A stretch of DNA of 64,000 bases, from the NCBI RefSeq assembly GCF_009914755.1, contig NC_060947.1. One strand, given 5' to 3'. The DNA comes from the human T2T-CHM13v2.0 reference genome, Homo sapiens. This document shows positions 62,912 to 64,000 of this stretch, one piece after another. How positions within the stretch are numbered: position 1 is the first letter of the stretch; every line of letters starts with the position of its first letter. The position numbers and the translations under genes are program-made. The notes under the pieces were generated by a model. It was not told the origin of the DNA and searched no databases. It was given only the letters and a program-made list of their open reading frames with translations.

Positions 62912-64000
62912 TTGAAAAAGAGAGAGAAATGGTGTCCCTTAATTCTTTTCTCTCTTTCAGTGGAAACTCGGTGTGTGAGGGAGAAAAGGGTGACTACTTT
63001 TTTCTTCCATCTTTTCATCCCTGAGTCCCAGTGGCCTAGGTCGGACACCATCCATGTGTGCCAGTGCAACCTACACCCATGAAGCAGTGGGGCCTAAAAG
63101 GCAAGAGTTATTCACATTTACCTACACAGTCTATCACCCCCACTGTCGGTAATCTTTGAGTTCCCTGGGCTTAATTTATGCCATGGATACTAGCATGACC
63201 TCTATCCATGAAATAGGGGCTTAATTGGCCCACCTACACTGTGCCCCTACTTTCCATTTTTGCATGCTTTTGGATCCCTCAGATCTAGTTTTTATTTCTA
63301 GGGCTTCAACCCAAAGCTTGGAATTGAGTTTGGGACAAAAGTTGTCTCAGAGGGATGCATGGATTCATTGAGATTAAGTCCCAGATGGCCTTCATCAAAT
63401 TTGCAGCCAGCCACCAGTGAGGCCACTCATTGCTTCCCTATCATAAGCAGAGTGTTAAGGTAGGAAGAAAGAAACCCAGTCATATAGAAAAGGTCACTGT
63501 ATTTGCAGGGCTATGACCTCCTGACACGGTGGAGAAAAGGAAAAAAGCAGCTTAAGTGCAGGAGAGAAAGAGGTGCCTGGAGAGAAAACTCTTGTTCTAT
63601 GCAAATGGGTTCCTTTAACAGGGGAAAGACCTGTCCCCCAAGACCATCCTGCGACCTGGGTGGCAGCCACAGCTCATCCGTGCCCTGCGTGATTGCTGGG
63701 TGCAGCTTGCACATGCAGTGGACATGGCCATGTGCCCCAGCCGGGGGTAGGGGGAGCCGTCGTATGCGTGTCCATCCCTTGCACACACCTGGAGCTGTTG
63801 GGGTGGGGGTGGGACCACTAAGAATAGACAGAAATTGCATTGTTCTGAATTGCATATCTGATGGCTGGGCCAAATGCTTATTTTACCTAGTAACATTTCT
63901 GCAGTTTGCAGCAACACCCTTAACATGATAAAATTAGAGATAAGAGCCATTTCAAACCATGAAAGAAGGAAGAAAAGACACCATAGAAAAGTCTGGGGGT

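Larger units (their letters stand above)
59400..64000 (-). mobile_element. HUERS-P3-like gammaretroviral internal region (leader, gag, pro, RT, IN C-terminus, env remnant); continues right of window
   Basis: gag FSLQDLRQIKGELSKFSDDPDRYIEAFQ; protease LLDTG; RT LPQGF and YVDD; family name from recollection. Confidence 0.85.

Noticed and set aside
63503-63950. Three overlapping ORFs of 111-141 aa
   Set aside because: GC-rich ERV leader sequence; no protein homology recognised

Overview
Primate (most likely human) AT-rich, repeat-dominated genomic DNA. I found no protein-coding host exon, RNA gene, CRISPR array or novel biological system. The ORFs I can assign are decayed L1 or ERV fragments or their antisense shadows; the rest look like chance ORFs. 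Main content: the 5' end of an L1PA7/8-type element (1-2690); an old internally deleted L1M (~3090-7275); two near full-length L1MA2-like elements (~11345-18935 and ~41465-49670); a 5'-truncated, RT-deleted ERV9/LTR12 provirus (30989-34549); and a HUERS-P3-like gammaretroviral provirus (~58684-64000, running off the window). There are also solo LTRs (MST, MLT1D, MLT2A, MER21), DNA transposon fossils (Tigger3, MER102, MER94, MER63, MER20, MER5A), MIR/L2 relics and microsatellites. The best second-look items are: a segment where the two L1MA2 copies share unusual variants (possible ectopic gene conversion); a 147-bp locally templated insertion inside an L1; several template-switch or palindrome scars; an ultra-short L1 insertion; near-total minus-strand bias of L1/ERV; and no recognisable Alu in 64 kb. 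Subfamily names come from my recollection of consensus sequences, and the boundaries of old repeats are approximate.
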